From the IMG/VR virus record IMGVR_UViG_3300035696_001272: a DNA stretch of 64,000 bases, one strand, 5' to 3'. How positions within the stretch are numbered: the stretch's first letter is position 1; each line of letters opens with the position of its first letter. Made by a program: the position numbers and the translations under genes. This DNA comes from a virus. Lineage: Duplodnaviria; Heunggongvirae; Uroviricota; Caudoviricetes. The notes beneath the pieces were generated by a model that did no database searches, was not told where the DNA came from, and was given only the letters and a program-made list of their open reading frames with translations. Positions 33,097 through 44,400 of the stretch are shown here, piece by piece.

Positions 33097-35318
33097 GACC
33101 AGCTAGGCTGTATATTGACAACTTCATGTGCTATGATGATGCCTTTATTGATTTCAATCAATTCAGTTCAGCGCTCATTGTTGGCAAATCTGAGATCAAC
33201 AGCGATGAGTCGAATGGTGTGGGTAAGACCACCATTTTTAGGGCTATTGAATATGTGCTTTTTAATCATGCTGATGTCAAAGTAGAAAACATTATACGAG
33301 ATGAAACAGATAAATGCAGCATAACTCTCGATTTTATCGTGGATAATCAAGAGTACAGAGTCACGCGCACACGTACACGCAAGGGTACAACTGACCTTAC
33401 AATGTTCAAAAGGACAGCTGTAGATGGCACAGAAACAGAGGCTCTACATAGCATCAAGGGAGATCGTTATACTCCAATTAACGATGAAGAGCAAAAGTAT
33501 TGGAAAGACATCTCTGGTCGCAGAGCTGCCGATACAGAAAAAGAATTGGCCAAATTAATCAAGGTTAATCTAAAGTCATTCAGAATCTTCGTGCATTTCA
33601 TGCAACATGACTTCAATGGTTTGGCTACTGCCACGCCCGAGAAGCGCAAACTCATCTTGAAAGATGCACTTAATCTTGTCATTTACTCAAAGTTGGAGAA
33701 AATAGCCAAAGAAAAATCCAGCGCTTTATCTAAAGAGTTCGATCGTTTTGATACACTTGTTAGTTCTCTTGGAGACCCAGATGTGTTGCTATCGGAACTA
33801 TCTCAAAAGTTGGTTGATACCGAACAGAAATTGGCCGATTGTTCAGTTAGAGCGGCAGATTTAAATGCAACCCTATCTCAGTACAATGAGAAAATAAATC
33901 AACTTATGAACGAACACTCTAATTTGGAGAGTAAGTTTTCTACTTTGTTGGTTAAGGAACAGGCGCTCAATAACGAGAAAACTAGAATAGAAACCTCTAT
34001 TAAAGAGTATACTACTAAGAAGTCCAATGTTATTCGAGCCGCCCAGGAGATACTAGCAGAACTAAAAGAGCTAGAGAGCACTCAAGTTAAATTGGCTGAG
34101 CTTGATTTTAATCAAATTGATATTCTGTCAGAACAGATAGTGGCAAATAAAGAAAAAGTTGCACAACTCAATCTAACCATCCAAAATGATATGGCTAGGA
34201 TTAGCAAACTTTCAGTTCCTATGCCCGCAGGCAGTGAGTGTGAGGAATGCCGTCAGACAATTTCTATCGAGCACAGAAAGGATTGTCAGAAGAAATTTGA
34301 CATGGAGATGCGTGAGAAGCAGGCCAATATCCAAAATTGCAGGAAAGAGATTGCCGCCCTTAACTCTCAAAGCGTCGTTCATCAGCAGAACATTAACAAA
34401 CTAACTCTATCTAAACAGCATCTTGAAAGCCTCAATACTAAGATTGCCAGCAAGAAGAAGGACATGGCAGATAAAAGGGCCTTTCATGACGAATATAAAG
34501 AGTTATTGGAAAAGTTCAATAAAGAACTAGAAGATAAAATCAAAGAACTTGAAGAAGTTGATAAAGAATTACAGAAGTCTTCTATTAATGAAGCTAAGAT
34601 TATTGAAAAACAAATTCAAGCAGAAAAACAAAATATAGCATCGGTTAATACTCAAATACTGGCTCTTAATAAAGAGACTACGCATTTTAGCAATACTAAA
34701 GCTATCATTCAGGATAACCTCAATCAAAAGACGGAAGAGAAACGCAAGAAAATTGAGTTCATTAGAATACTCAAAGAACTAGAAAACAAGTTGGATATGT
34801 ATCCAGATGTTATTCAAGCTTTCTCCAGCACGGGCATTCCAAATCTGATCATCCAAAATGTCTTGGATGATTTACAAATAGAGTCCAACAATCTATTGAA
34901 TCAGTTGAAACCAGGACTGCAATTATCATTTGCTATAGAGAAAACGGTAGAGAAAACTGGTGACCAAGCCGATACTTTGGATATTAACTATACTGTCAAT
35001 GGCAAAAAGAGATACTATGAGAACATTTCTGGCGCTATGCAGCTTGTTGTTAACTTTAGCTTGAAGATGGGACTTTCATTCCTCTTGCAAAAGTTGATGG
35101 GCGTAGACGTTAGGTTTTTGCTCTTGGATGAAATCGATCAATCACTCGATAAAGCCCGTGTGGATTTCTTTGCCGATCTCGTGAAATTCTTCCAAAAAGA
35201 CTACACGATTTTGGTTATCACTCACAACGACAGATTGAAAGACAAATTCTCTCACGCCATTTTAGTAGAGCAAGATATAAACCTGGTATCCCGAGCTAGG
35301 GTAGTTTCTTCATGGTGA
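33093..35318 (+). CDS. sbcC: SbcC/Rad50-like ATPase
   Basis: SNGVGKTT, coiled coils, CEEC zinc hook, ISGA signature, LLLDEID, ITH. Confidence 0.9.
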   Translation: MRPARLYIDNFMCYDDAFIDFNQFSSALIVGKSEINSDESNGVGKTTIFRAIEYVLFNHADVKVENIIRDETDKCSITLDFIVDNQEYRVTRTRTRKGTTDLTMFKRTAVDGTETEALHSIKGDRYTPINDEEQKYWKDISGRRAADTEKELAKLIKVNLKSFRIFVHFMQHDFNGLATATPEKRKLILKDALNLVIYSKLEKIAKEKSSALSKEFDRFDTLVSSLGDPDVLLSELSQKLVDTEQKLADCSVRAADLNATLSQYNEKINQLMNEHSNLESKFSTLLVKEQALNNEKTRIETSIKEYTTKKSNVIRAAQEILAELKELESTQVKLAELDFNQIDILSEQIVANKEKVAQLNLTIQNDMARISKLSVPMPAGSECEECRQTISIEHRKDCQKKFDMEMREKQANIQNCRKEIAALNSQSVVHQQNINKLTLSKQHLESLNTKIASKKKDMADKRAFHDEYKELLEKFNKELEDKIKELEEVDKELQKSSINEAKIIEKQIQAEKQNIASVNTQILALNKETTHFSNTKAIIQDNLNQKTEEKRKKIEFIRILKELENKLDMYPDVIQAFSSTGIPNLIIQNVLDDLQIESNNLLNQLKPGLQLSFAIEKTVEKTGDQADTLDINYTVNGKKRYYENISGAMQLVVNFSLKMGLSFLLQKLMGVDVRFLLLDEIDQSLDKARVDFFADLVKFFQKDYTILVITHNDRLKDKFSHAILVEQDINLVSRARVVSSW

Positions 35319-35324
35319 GGTCAC

Positions 35325-35918
35325 ATGTATAAAATTGCAATTTCAGGTAAGGCTAATACGGGCAAGAACACACTGAGTAAAATGATAGTCAAGGAATTGC
35401 GCAAAGATAGAGACGCATACCTCGGTGTGAAATACATGGCCTTTGCGGATCCTATTAAAGAAATGGTCCGTCAAATGTTTCCATCATTACCTCGAAACTA
35501 CCTTTATGGCTCATCTAAATACCGTGGAGAAATCATTCCCGGTGCTTTCAAAGATGGTAAACCTTTGACAATTCGTCAATTGCTTTTGGATTTAGGGACG
35601 GCTGTTGGTAGGGGTTACAAAGAAACCGTTTGGTTAGATAACTTCGATTTTAGACTCGATAAAGTTAAGTACAAAAAAATTATAATGGTAACTGATGTTA
35701 GATTTCGCAATGAATTCGAGCATCTCAAGAATAAAGGTTTTTACCAAATAAGGCTTTACAGAGATACCGGTCAGCCCGCTATACAGCACGTAAGCGAATC
35801 TAATCAGAATACGATTGCTGATAGTGAATTTGATTATGTCATTCATAACGATAAAGGGTTAGGGGATTTGAAGCGAGAGGTAATCGGGCAGATAATTCCT
35901 AATTTGAAGTATACCTAA
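35325..35918 (+). CDS. Deoxynucleoside monophosphate kinase (T4 gp1-like)
   Basis: ISGKANTGKNT, FADPIKE, RQLLLDLGT..GR, TDVRFRNE. Confidence 0.85.
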   Translation: MYKIAISGKANTGKNTLSKMIVKELRKDRDAYLGVKYMAFADPIKEMVRQMFPSLPRNYLYGSSKYRGEIIPGAFKDGKPLTIRQLLLDLGTAVGRGYKETVWLDNFDFRLDKVKYKKIIMVTDVRFRNEFEHLKNKGFYQIRLYRDTGQPAIQHVSESNQNTIADSEFDYVIHNDKGLGDLKREVIGQIIPNLKYT

Positions 35919-35941
35919 GTATATTTTGACATACATTTATC

Positions 35942-36256
35942 ATGAGCGTCGAGGCACTCAAAAACGAGTTTGTACCTAAATTCCTGTTAAAAGGTGAACA
36001 GGGATTCTATCGCAATTTGCTCGCTCTAGCCACCAAATTGTTGATGAATACTCAAAAAGGAACCTATAAAGGAACGTCCCCTGAGTTGCTTTTTCTAAGG
36101 TGTTACGAACAGTTCATAATTTTGTATAGAAGAGAAGGTGAGGATATTTACCTAGATTTAGCCCGAGTTTTTCGCAGGGCAGCTCATAAAGTCTATCGTA
36201 CGATGTTAAGATCGAAGATGACCGAAAAGAATTCTAGATTCCTCAATTTGGTATAA
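35942..36256 (+). CDS. Hypothetical protein
   Basis: ORF. Confidence 0.65.
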   Translation: MSVEALKNEFVPKFLLKGEQGFYRNLLALATKLLMNTQKGTYKGTSPELLFLRCYEQFIILYRREGEDIYLDLARVFRRAAHKVYRTMLRSKMTEKNSRFLNLV

Positions 36257-36257
36257 T

Positions 36258-37328
36258 ATGGCAGTTATTTGCGTTACAGTTACACAATCTTCCGAACAAG
36301 TAGTTTCGGGCATTCCTAGAACAGTATCCATTACTACCAATATTCCTGCAACCATTTTCTATACTTTAGATGGCACTACTCCTACTTTATTTTCGACCAT
36401 ATATACTGGCCCAATCTTTTTGCCATTTGATCAGTTATTAGTAACGCTTCAGATTCTTGCTACCAATGGTACGGACTCTTCGCCTATTGTTGTTGAGCAA
36501 TATCAAACCAACATCGTAGATAGTAATGCTCGTTTGCCACATGCTGGTACTACCGCACGTGCAGCCCACTTGGTTCCAGATAGATACCCTTACGGTAACC
36601 CACCTTTCCAGCCAAAACAAGACTATACTAACCCAGCTGATTCGGGCGCCTACGGTGGCGCTGTTTACGACCCAAACGATCCAAAAGCTGTCCCAAATGC
36701 TTTTGATGCCAATGGTAATCCAACGAATTTCTCTAACGAACCATACAATACTAAAAACTATCAAATCGTTTACAATGATAGAGATGCCGAAGGTGCTGAA
36801 GGATTCGGACTTATCAGCAAAGGCGTATCAGGACCAGGCATTGGAAACATACCAGGTAAAGTTACATTACCATATCCAGATGACGTACAGATAGATCCGG
36901 GACAAACTGGTAACCAAGGTCCAGAACAAACCAATCAATTTACGTCGATGTTCGATCCTAGAGCTTTGGTAATTTTTCAAGACTTCACTCAAGAGGATCC
37001 AAATGATCCGCCACAAGTTAACCGTCAATACTTTACTTTGGAAAATCCTGAAAGAGCCAGAGACGGAACTTTCTATTTCAATACTGGACAAGATGCTTCT
37101 GCTCCAGTCAGCGGTTCATTCCTCAGAGCCCATTACAATCCTAGAACTAACATGATCACACATTACTATCGTGACTCATGGTCTAACAGATGGATTATTT
37201 CCACGGCACCATATCAGCCAGGTCCATCTGGCGGTGGTATTAATATGGCCCAATCAGCGATGGGCCTTAAGAGCGGAGCTGGGGTCGTATTTGAGTGGCT
37301 TCCCTTTACAAGAAGAGTACTATTTTAA
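36258..37328 (+). CDS. Protein with N-terminal chitobiase/Fn3-associated domain (possible virion protein)
   Basis: ATIFYTLDGTTPTLFSTIYTGPI. Confidence 0.65.
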   Translation: MAVICVTVTQSSEQVVSGIPRTVSITTNIPATIFYTLDGTTPTLFSTIYTGPIFLPFDQLLVTLQILATNGTDSSPIVVEQYQTNIVDSNARLPHAGTTARAAHLVPDRYPYGNPPFQPKQDYTNPADSGAYGGAVYDPNDPKAVPNAFDANGNPTNFSNEPYNTKNYQIVYNDRDAEGAEGFGLISKGVSGPGIGNIPGKVTLPYPDDVQIDPGQTGNQGPEQTNQFTSMFDPRALVIFQDFTQEDPNDPPQVNRQYFTLENPERARDGTFYFNTGQDASAPVSGSFLRAHYNPRTNMITHYYRDSWSNRWIISTAPYQPGPSGGGINMAQSAMGLKSGAGVVFEWLPFTRRVLF

Positions 37329-37329
37329 A

Positions 37330-37641
37330 ATGCTCAAGATCGGTAAGATTGAACTAGAAGACTGGATTTATCCATCCGTATCTGATGGTCGTGGTAATTA
37401 TACCATGTATCATAGTCCATATAGATTCATACCTGGCGATGATTTTAACGGTATGTATTTTGGACGCACTTGCGTTTTTATTAACTGTAGCGGTCCTGGT
37501 GAATTCTGGCCAGAATTTCATGGAGACTTGAAGTTCTTGGAAAAAAGCTACCGACCAAAATCTTTTCATTCTTACGAAGACGCCATGGAATATGTTGATA
37601 ATTTTCTACGCAAGATGGATAGTTTGATAATATTCGCCTGA
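37330..37641 (+). CDS. Hypothetical protein
   Basis: ATG 37330 within ORF 37171..37641. Confidence 0.6.
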   Translation: MLKIGKIELEDWIYPSVSDGRGNYTMYHSPYRFIPGDDFNGMYFGRTCVFINCSGPGEFWPEFHGDLKFLEKSYRPKSFHSYEDAMEYVDNFLRKMDSLIIFA

Positions 37642-37676
37642 TATATACTGATTACACATTAAACGAAAAGATTATT

Positions 37677-38462
37677 ATGACAGAAGATTTGCGCCTATCG
37701 GTAAGCAAAACCAAAACTTTTTTGGATTGCAAAGCCAAGTATAAGTTTTGTTACGTCGAAAAATTACCACGTAAAGATTGGGACTTCCACATATTCGGTA
37801 AGTTCTGCCACAAGGTTCTTGAATGGTTTCATCAACAATATGTCGATGGCTGTTTGTTACCTTACAACACAACAATGACTGATGCTTTCAAAGTCGCTTG
37901 GGCCGAGTTTAAAGATAAGATGACTCCCGAGATGAAGAAAGAGTGCTGGGATATCATCAATCAATATTTGAAATTGATCACGCAAGATAAGAAGAGTGGA
38001 TTGCCTGCAAACGTAATTCAAGTTGAAAAAAGATTTGAGATTCCCATCGCCGAAAATCTTGTTTTAAATGGCGCAATTGACAGAATTCAACTAGATGCTG
38101 ATAATGTCATCCACGTGGCCGACTACAAAACCACTAAACATAAAAAATACTTGAAGAACGATTTTTTCCAACTTTTGACATATGCTTATGTTATAGCTTT
38201 GGATGACCCAAGTATTAAAAAAGTTAGAGCCTCTTACATTTTGCTCCGACATGATTTTGAATATGTTACCCAAGAATTTACGAGGTCAGAGATACTAAAG
38301 GTTAAAGACAAATATCTGGACTACGCTGAGAAGATTTTAGCGGAAAAGGAGTTTGAACCTAACCCAACTAACTTATGTAACTACTGTGACTATTTAGATA
38401 ACTGTCCGGCAGGCAAGAGTAAAGCTTACAATCAAAACGTTTATGGTGAAGTTAACTGGTGA
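37677..38462 (+). CDS. PD-(D/E)XK (RecB/Cas4-like) nuclease
   Basis: LSVSK...DC, GAIDRI, VADYKT, QLLTYA, CNYCDYLDNCP. Confidence 0.88.
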   Translation: MTEDLRLSVSKTKTFLDCKAKYKFCYVEKLPRKDWDFHIFGKFCHKVLEWFHQQYVDGCLLPYNTTMTDAFKVAWAEFKDKMTPEMKKECWDIINQYLKLITQDKKSGLPANVIQVEKRFEIPIAENLVLNGAIDRIQLDADNVIHVADYKTTKHKKYLKNDFFQLLTYAYVIALDDPSIKKVRASYILLRHDFEYVTQEFTRSEILKVKDKYLDYAEKILAEKEFEPNPTNLCNYCDYLDNCPAGKSKAYNQNVYGEVNW

Positions 38463-38470
38463 GGAATACA

Positions 38471-38836
38471 ATGATTAAGAAAATTTCGTCAATAGGTTTC
38501 ATTTTAGCATTAGCAGGATGTGCAACAGCTCCACGTGTGGTGCCCGTACCACCAATTCCAGATGCTGCAGAGATAGTGATATCTCCAGACAATCAATATA
38601 TGAGTGTCCATTATGAAGTGGCAGTGGCATCAACGGTGCAATTAGCTTCCAAAGAGGGAGATGATTTGGCAGCCAAGCTTGAACTCGAAGCAGTCAAGAG
38701 AGCCAAGAACGTCTGTACCTTTTATGATATGAAAACCGTTCTTCGTACCAGGGGTTCTGTAGCACAAGAGAATAACAAAATAATCGGCAAAGCACAAGTT
38801 TTGTGTGGCGCAGCAGCACCAGCAGCAGAGGAATAA
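38471..38836 (+). CDS. Lipoprotein
   Basis: MIKKISSIGFILALAG-C lipobox; GAGGA SD. Confidence 0.7.
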   Translation: MIKKISSIGFILALAGCATAPRVVPVPPIPDAAEIVISPDNQYMSVHYEVAVASTVQLASKEGDDLAAKLELEAVKRAKNVCTFYDMKTVLRTRGSVAQENNKIIGKAQVLCGAAAPAAEE

Positions 38837-40084
38837 ATGCAAATCGATATTACTGAAATAGAGCCATGTAAGTTGTCTGTTCATTATGAGGCTAATACTC
38901 TAGAGATTATGGACAAACGAGCTGAGGTGCAAAACGCCTTCAAGAAAGCTCCAGTGCCAGGATTTAGAGAAGGTAAGGCGCCTCCAGAGGCTATCAAGAT
39001 GCACTACAATAAGCAGATTGAAGAATCTCTTAAGCGTGCATTGGCAGAAGACGCCTATCACAATACACTCTTCGAAAAGAAGTTGCGCCCACATGGAGCA
39101 CCTCGTTTCATTGGTATGTTACTAGATGGTGGCAAGTTCACTTGTGATTTCGAAATGTTCACCAAGCCAGAATTTGAACTTCCTGCTTGGAAGGATATGG
39201 AAATTCCTAAGCCACATGAAGATAGTGATGTTGTCCAATTGACAGAGCGCATGCTGCAAGAACTGAGAGTTCGTCTAGGAGATGTGTCACCATACAACGA
39301 GACAGACTTCGTTCAAACTAATGACTCTGTCATTGTAGACTACGAAGCCTCCGTTGATGGTAAGGTCTTAGACGCTTTAACTGCCCAAGGAGAAATGATA
39401 ACAGTTGGTTCAGGTCCGATGGCGGCTTTTGATAGCAATTTGTTGGGCATGACATTAGGTGAAACCAGAGAGTTTGATTTCCAAGCTCCAGAGGGTGGAC
39501 TGCCATCTATCTCCGGTAAGATGATTCATTTCAAAGTAACTCTTGTCATGGGCTCCAAAACAGTTCCATGCCCTCTCGATGATGAGTTGGCCAAAAGAAT
39601 GAACAAGAAAGATTTTGCAGAAGTAAAGGAATTTGTGTCTCAAACTGCCTTTGCTAGAACAGAGCATATGAACAAATCAAAGCTTCGTGATGCGGTATCT
39701 AAGAGATTAGTGACAGAGACTCAAGTCAAAGTTCCTAACTGGATGGCATTGTCAGAGGCACAATATTTGGCAAGCCAATCTCAAATAGATTGGAATGCAA
39801 TTCCAGATGTTGACAAAGAAAAGTTTTTAGAGTTAGGCGAGCAGAACGTTAAGTTAACTCTCATCCTAGATAAGGTTAGAGAAACTGAACCAGAAGCTCA
39901 ATTAACAGATCAAGAAGTATTTGATATTATCAAGAGGAATTTGGCAAATACCAAAACTGGTCAAAGCTTGGATGATATGATCCAGCAAATGAACCGTACT
40001 GGATATCTACAAATTCTGTTCTCTCGAATTAAAGATGAACACACAATGGATCATATTACCAAAACGATTAAGGTAGTGGAGTAA
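38837..40084 (+). CDS. tig: Trigger factor
   Basis: APVPGFREGKAP ribosome-binding signature, FKBP-like middle (DSVIVDY...FDSNLLGMTLGETREF), C-terminal SurA-like region. Confidence 0.9.
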   Translation: MQIDITEIEPCKLSVHYEANTLEIMDKRAEVQNAFKKAPVPGFREGKAPPEAIKMHYNKQIEESLKRALAEDAYHNTLFEKKLRPHGAPRFIGMLLDGGKFTCDFEMFTKPEFELPAWKDMEIPKPHEDSDVVQLTERMLQELRVRLGDVSPYNETDFVQTNDSVIVDYEASVDGKVLDALTAQGEMITVGSGPMAAFDSNLLGMTLGETREFDFQAPEGGLPSISGKMIHFKVTLVMGSKTVPCPLDDELAKRMNKKDFAEVKEFVSQTAFARTEHMNKSKLRDAVSKRLVTETQVKVPNWMALSEAQYLASQSQIDWNAIPDVDKEKFLELGEQNVKLTLILDKVRETEPEAQLTDQEVFDIIKRNLANTKTGQSLDDMIQQMNRTGYLQILFSRIKDEHTMDHITKTIKVVE

Positions 40085-40088
40085 ATAA

Positions 40089-40412
40089 ATGACAAAGAAA
40101 GATGGTGCTGGTGCATTGACCAGCTTGCCCAAAAAATGGGATGACATGATTAAGAAGATGCCTGAGTTCAAAGACACGGCCGATGCGGCTAGTGTTGACG
40201 ACCTCAAAAAAATCATTGTTGAGTGTGAAGGTAATATTCATACTGTCAGCAGAGATGAAGAAGCTGATATTAAGTTAAGTGGTGCTAGGGAGATGGCCAA
40301 GGAATTGTCTGCTCCATACCGCGAGGCTAAGAAGTATCAGCAGGCCAAGATCCAATACGCCCTCCTATGCTTAGAAAGCAAGGGTGTAGATTTGGATAAC
40401 AGAGAAGAATAA
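40089..40412 (+). CDS. Helical hypothetical protein
   Basis: ORF. Confidence 0.65.
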   Translation: MTKKDGAGALTSLPKKWDDMIKKMPEFKDTADAASVDDLKKIIVECEGNIHTVSRDEEADIKLSGAREMAKELSAPYREAKKYQQAKIQYALLCLESKGVDLDNREE

Positions 40413-40690
40413 TGAAGGTTGAGAAAATCGTAGTACAAGCTTGTTGCGGTCGCAAACAGATTTCCTTCAAATTGGATAGACCTGTTGACAAAGCTTTACT
40501 CGACGTTCTGAAAAGTAATGGGTTCACAGAACTCCCCCACTTTACACAGGCTGGTATATTATATGCCGATAATCCGGACTTAATAGTATCGGGTCCATTC
40601 GGCGCTGATAGAATCAACGCTAAGTGTAAAAAGGCTGACTGTGACCAAATCCTCAATGATTTTGAGGCATTACTTCTCAGAACGGGGTGA
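40412..40690 (+). CDS. Hypothetical protein
   Basis: ORF; TAATG coupling. Confidence 0.65.
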   Translation: MKVEKIVVQACCGRKQISFKLDRPVDKALLDVLKSNGFTELPHFTQAGILYADNPDLIVSGPFGADRINAKCKKADCDQILNDFEALLLRTG

Positions 40691-41358
40691 GAATGGCTAA
40701 AGGCACAGGATCTATTGCTGAAATCAGAAAGAAAGTAACCAAGACCCATGAATCAATTTCGACCTCTTATCATGAGGCTGGACATACGATTTATGCACTT
40801 TTACACTTTATGAAAGTAAGTTCAGTTTCAGTCTTCGAAGACAAAAAGCTGAAGAGAATCAACGGGATAACCTATTATGATTTTCCAACTGATTTGGATA
40901 AAATCCAGGATCTTGAGCTTCTTAATACCCTAGTTCAGGCAGAAGTAGGCGTTAGTTATTCTGGCTTAATTGCCGAAAAAACTCTTTTTAAGAGCATTTC
41001 CGGCTCCCAACAGATACCTATGTTTATTAGTGAGGGTTCTGCTGAAGATAATAAAGCAGCTCGCAACTCCATTATTAAATACAATTTAGCGCCACCTGGC
41101 CAAAAAAGAAGTGCTTATAAACAAAAATTAATGAGAAAAGTTCAAAGTGAACTTCATGATAATTGGGATGCTGTTACACTAGTTGCACATGCCTTATTTT
41201 CTCATCGCAGACTTACCTTTGATGATCTACAAATATTGCTCACCACAAAATCCAAGAAGAAAAAATTCTGGAAAGAGCAATTCAAGAACATCACTTATTT
41301 TTACAACAATAATGAACACCTTGACGAAAATGATCTAAAATCTATATTGTCTAGGTAA
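40687..41358 (+). CDS. Stand-alone M41 (FtsH protease domain)-like zinc metallopeptidase
   Basis: YHEAGH, GLIAEK, S.ED..AA. Confidence 0.7.
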   Translation: MRMAKGTGSIAEIRKKVTKTHESISTSYHEAGHTIYALLHFMKVSSVSVFEDKKLKRINGITYYDFPTDLDKIQDLELLNTLVQAEVGVSYSGLIAEKTLFKSISGSQQIPMFISEGSAEDNKAARNSIIKYNLAPPGQKRSAYKQKLMRKVQSELHDNWDAVTLVAHALFSHRRLTFDDLQILLTTKSKKKKFWKEQFKNITYFYNNNEHLDENDLKSILSR

Positions 41359-41473
41359 CTTCACTTTAACGCCGTATTCCCTGGCAACGCGTACGCAGTC
41401 TATCCTTAGACTGAACAGCTCCTGATGTGAGTCGATATGCAAATGTCATAATACACAACCCAATGGAGGTCTT

Positions 41474-44400
41474 ATGACCGACTTCGTTTCTTTGCACAAT
41501 CAAACTGAATTTTCTATTCTCGATTCACTTATCACGCCCAAGGCACTTTTCAAACGTGCCAAAGAATTAGGGCAGACAGCTGTAGCGGTTACCGATCATG
41601 GTTCGTTGGCTGGTGCTTGGGATGCCTGGAAGGCTTCCAAAGATACTGGCGTCAAACTAATCATCGGCTGTGAATGCTATTTCCAAAATGATGCCACTAA
41701 TGTCAACGAGAAGTTTCGACATATCATTTTGTTGGCTAAGAATGCCACTGGTTATCGAAACCTACTCACTCTCAATAAAAAGGGATTTGACCAAAGCTCC
41801 TTCGTAGGTAAGCGCGTCTATTCGGTATTGGATTGGAAGTTGTTAGCAGATCACACTGAGGGTCTGATTTGCTTGACAGCCTGTGGCAACGGTATCATTA
41901 GCCAGCTACTAATGAATCACAAAATGGATGAGGCAGAAAAGACTCTGCTGAAACTTAAAGACTTTTTCGGTGACAATTTGGGTATTGAAGTTCAACCCAA
42001 CAATATGAAACGCGGTTCGAACATTTTCAATGATGAAATCGATCAGCAGTTTTTGAACAGACAACTTATCAACTTGGGCAAGAAGCACAATGTTCGTGTG
42101 GTGGCGGCTTGTAATACGCATTACCTAACCAAGGAAGAATCGGAAACACACGACGTCTTCCTGGCTATTGGTTCACATCAGCCCATCTTCTCCAATTATC
42201 GTTTGCGTTATCCGGTGTCTGATTTCTATTTGAAGACGGGCGATGAAGTAAAAGCTTTCTTCACCAGAAACTATGGCGAAGAGACTGCGCAGCAATTGTG
42301 CGACAACAGTATTTACTTTGCCAATCTATGCGAGAAGCCAGAGTGGATTGATCCCAAATTCTCCAACCCAACCGGCAAAGAGCTTCCAGTCTTCCCTGTC
42401 AAGGACGAACCTGATTATCAAAACTTTTTGACCTGGGTTTCTCATCAGCCAGAAAATATTCAGAAGCTAGAGGAAGATAAGCTTTTCCTACGCTATCGTT
42501 GTAATGCCAACTTCATAGCTCATACCCTAATTAAGGAAATGCAGCCTTCTCAAATAGAACAATACCAGAAGCGCATAGACGAAGAACTAGACGTTTTGGA
42601 ATACCACGGCTTCTCCAGCTACATGCTCATCGTTGCTGATTTTATAGAATGGGCTAGAAAGCATGAAATTGCAGTTGGAGAGGGTCGAGGATCTGTCGGA
42701 GGCTCTTTGATTGCGTTCTTGTTAGGAATCCACCAGGCAGATCCAATCAAATACAACTTGATTTTCGCCAGATTCCATAACAAGGAAAAGTCCAGCTTTC
42801 CAGATATCGATACAGACTTTGCTCCATCTGGTCGCGAGAAGGTTCAAAACTATCTCAGAAAAAAATACGGAGAGGACCATGTGGCCCACGTATCTAACGT
42901 CAATACCATTACGCCCAAAGTGTATGCAAGAGATATTGCACGTGCTTGCGAATTGGGTGGCTCCAAAGAGGCATCTGTCAAAATTGGCAACGAAGTGGCA
43001 GATTGTATTCCATCAGAGATACACTCCATCGATGATGCTTTGGCAAAGGTTCCTCTCTTTGCGGAGTATGCTAAGAAATATCCTGAGTTCGAAAAGTACA
43101 AGGATATCTGTGGCAAGTATCGTGCATGGTCCACACACGCTGGCGGTATCATCATCTCTGCTCGTCCACTTACTGGACTTGTACCTTTGAGAAAAGATAA
43201 AGATGGAGCCCTGGCAATTGAATACGACAAAGACAAGGCCGAAGAAAATGGCTTGGTCAAGATGGATACTCTCGGTCTTTCGACTCTAGATATCATCGGT
43301 CAAACTATGCAGCTCATCAAGGCTTCAGGTAAGACTATGCCTCCTAACAATCTTGACTATGATGAGTATGATCAGTTGGCCTATGACATCATTTCCAACG
43401 GTGATACGTTCTGTGTATTCCAACTCGGAACATCTGGCGGCACCATTGATTTGTGTCGTCGAATCAAGCCAAGATCAATCAACGACATTAGTTACATTAA
43501 CTCGCTAGCTCGTCCCTCTGCTCGTGATATGCGAAATGACTTCATCTTAACTAAGGATGGTAAGAAGCCATTTGCCCTGCTTCATCCAACGCTTGGAAGA
43601 GCCTTCAACAATACATTCGGATTCGGATTGTACGAAGAAAGCTTGATGTATCTGGCCCAAGACGTAGCTGGATGGTCTTTGCACTCAGCCGACCGTTTGC
43701 GCAAGCTAACCAAGGAAAAGGGCAAGAATCCTAAGAAAGCCCAAGAATGGAGAGCGGAATTCATCAAGGATGCCGTTGTCAACGATGTTAATGAGGCCAT
43801 TGCCAAAAGAATTTGGGATGAAGTCGTAGATAAGTTTCAAGGTTACGGATTTAATATGTCACACTCAATCTTGTATTCTATGACAAGTTACAAGACAGCT
43901 TATCTGAAGGCACACTTTCCAATCGAGTTTTTGATGGCTAACTTGATGGCAGAAGTTAAATCCAATGCTCCAGATGCTCGAAGCAATATTGAGAAAATCA
44001 AAAAGGAATTGCGTAAGCACAAGGTTAAGGTAATTGCGCCAAATATCAATAAGTCCCAATTGGTTTACACAATTGAAGATGGCAATCAATTAATCACTGG
44101 GTTAGATGCTATCAAGTTTGTTGGAGAAGACGCCATCAAAGATATCATTGAAAAACGACCATTCACTGACTTTGCGGATTTCATGGTCCGTGTAAGTTCT
44201 AAGGCTGTTCGAGCTAATAGTATTCAGGCATTGGCAGCATGCGGTGCTTTGGATTCTTTTGGTATACCACGCAAGATGATGTTCTTGTACTGCTCTGACT
44301 ATCGTAAGAAATTACAAGTCTGGCTCAAGAAACATGATCCCAAGGTTGAGCAATTTGTTTATCCTTGGCCAAGTGAACCAGAGTGGTCTAAACCGGAATT

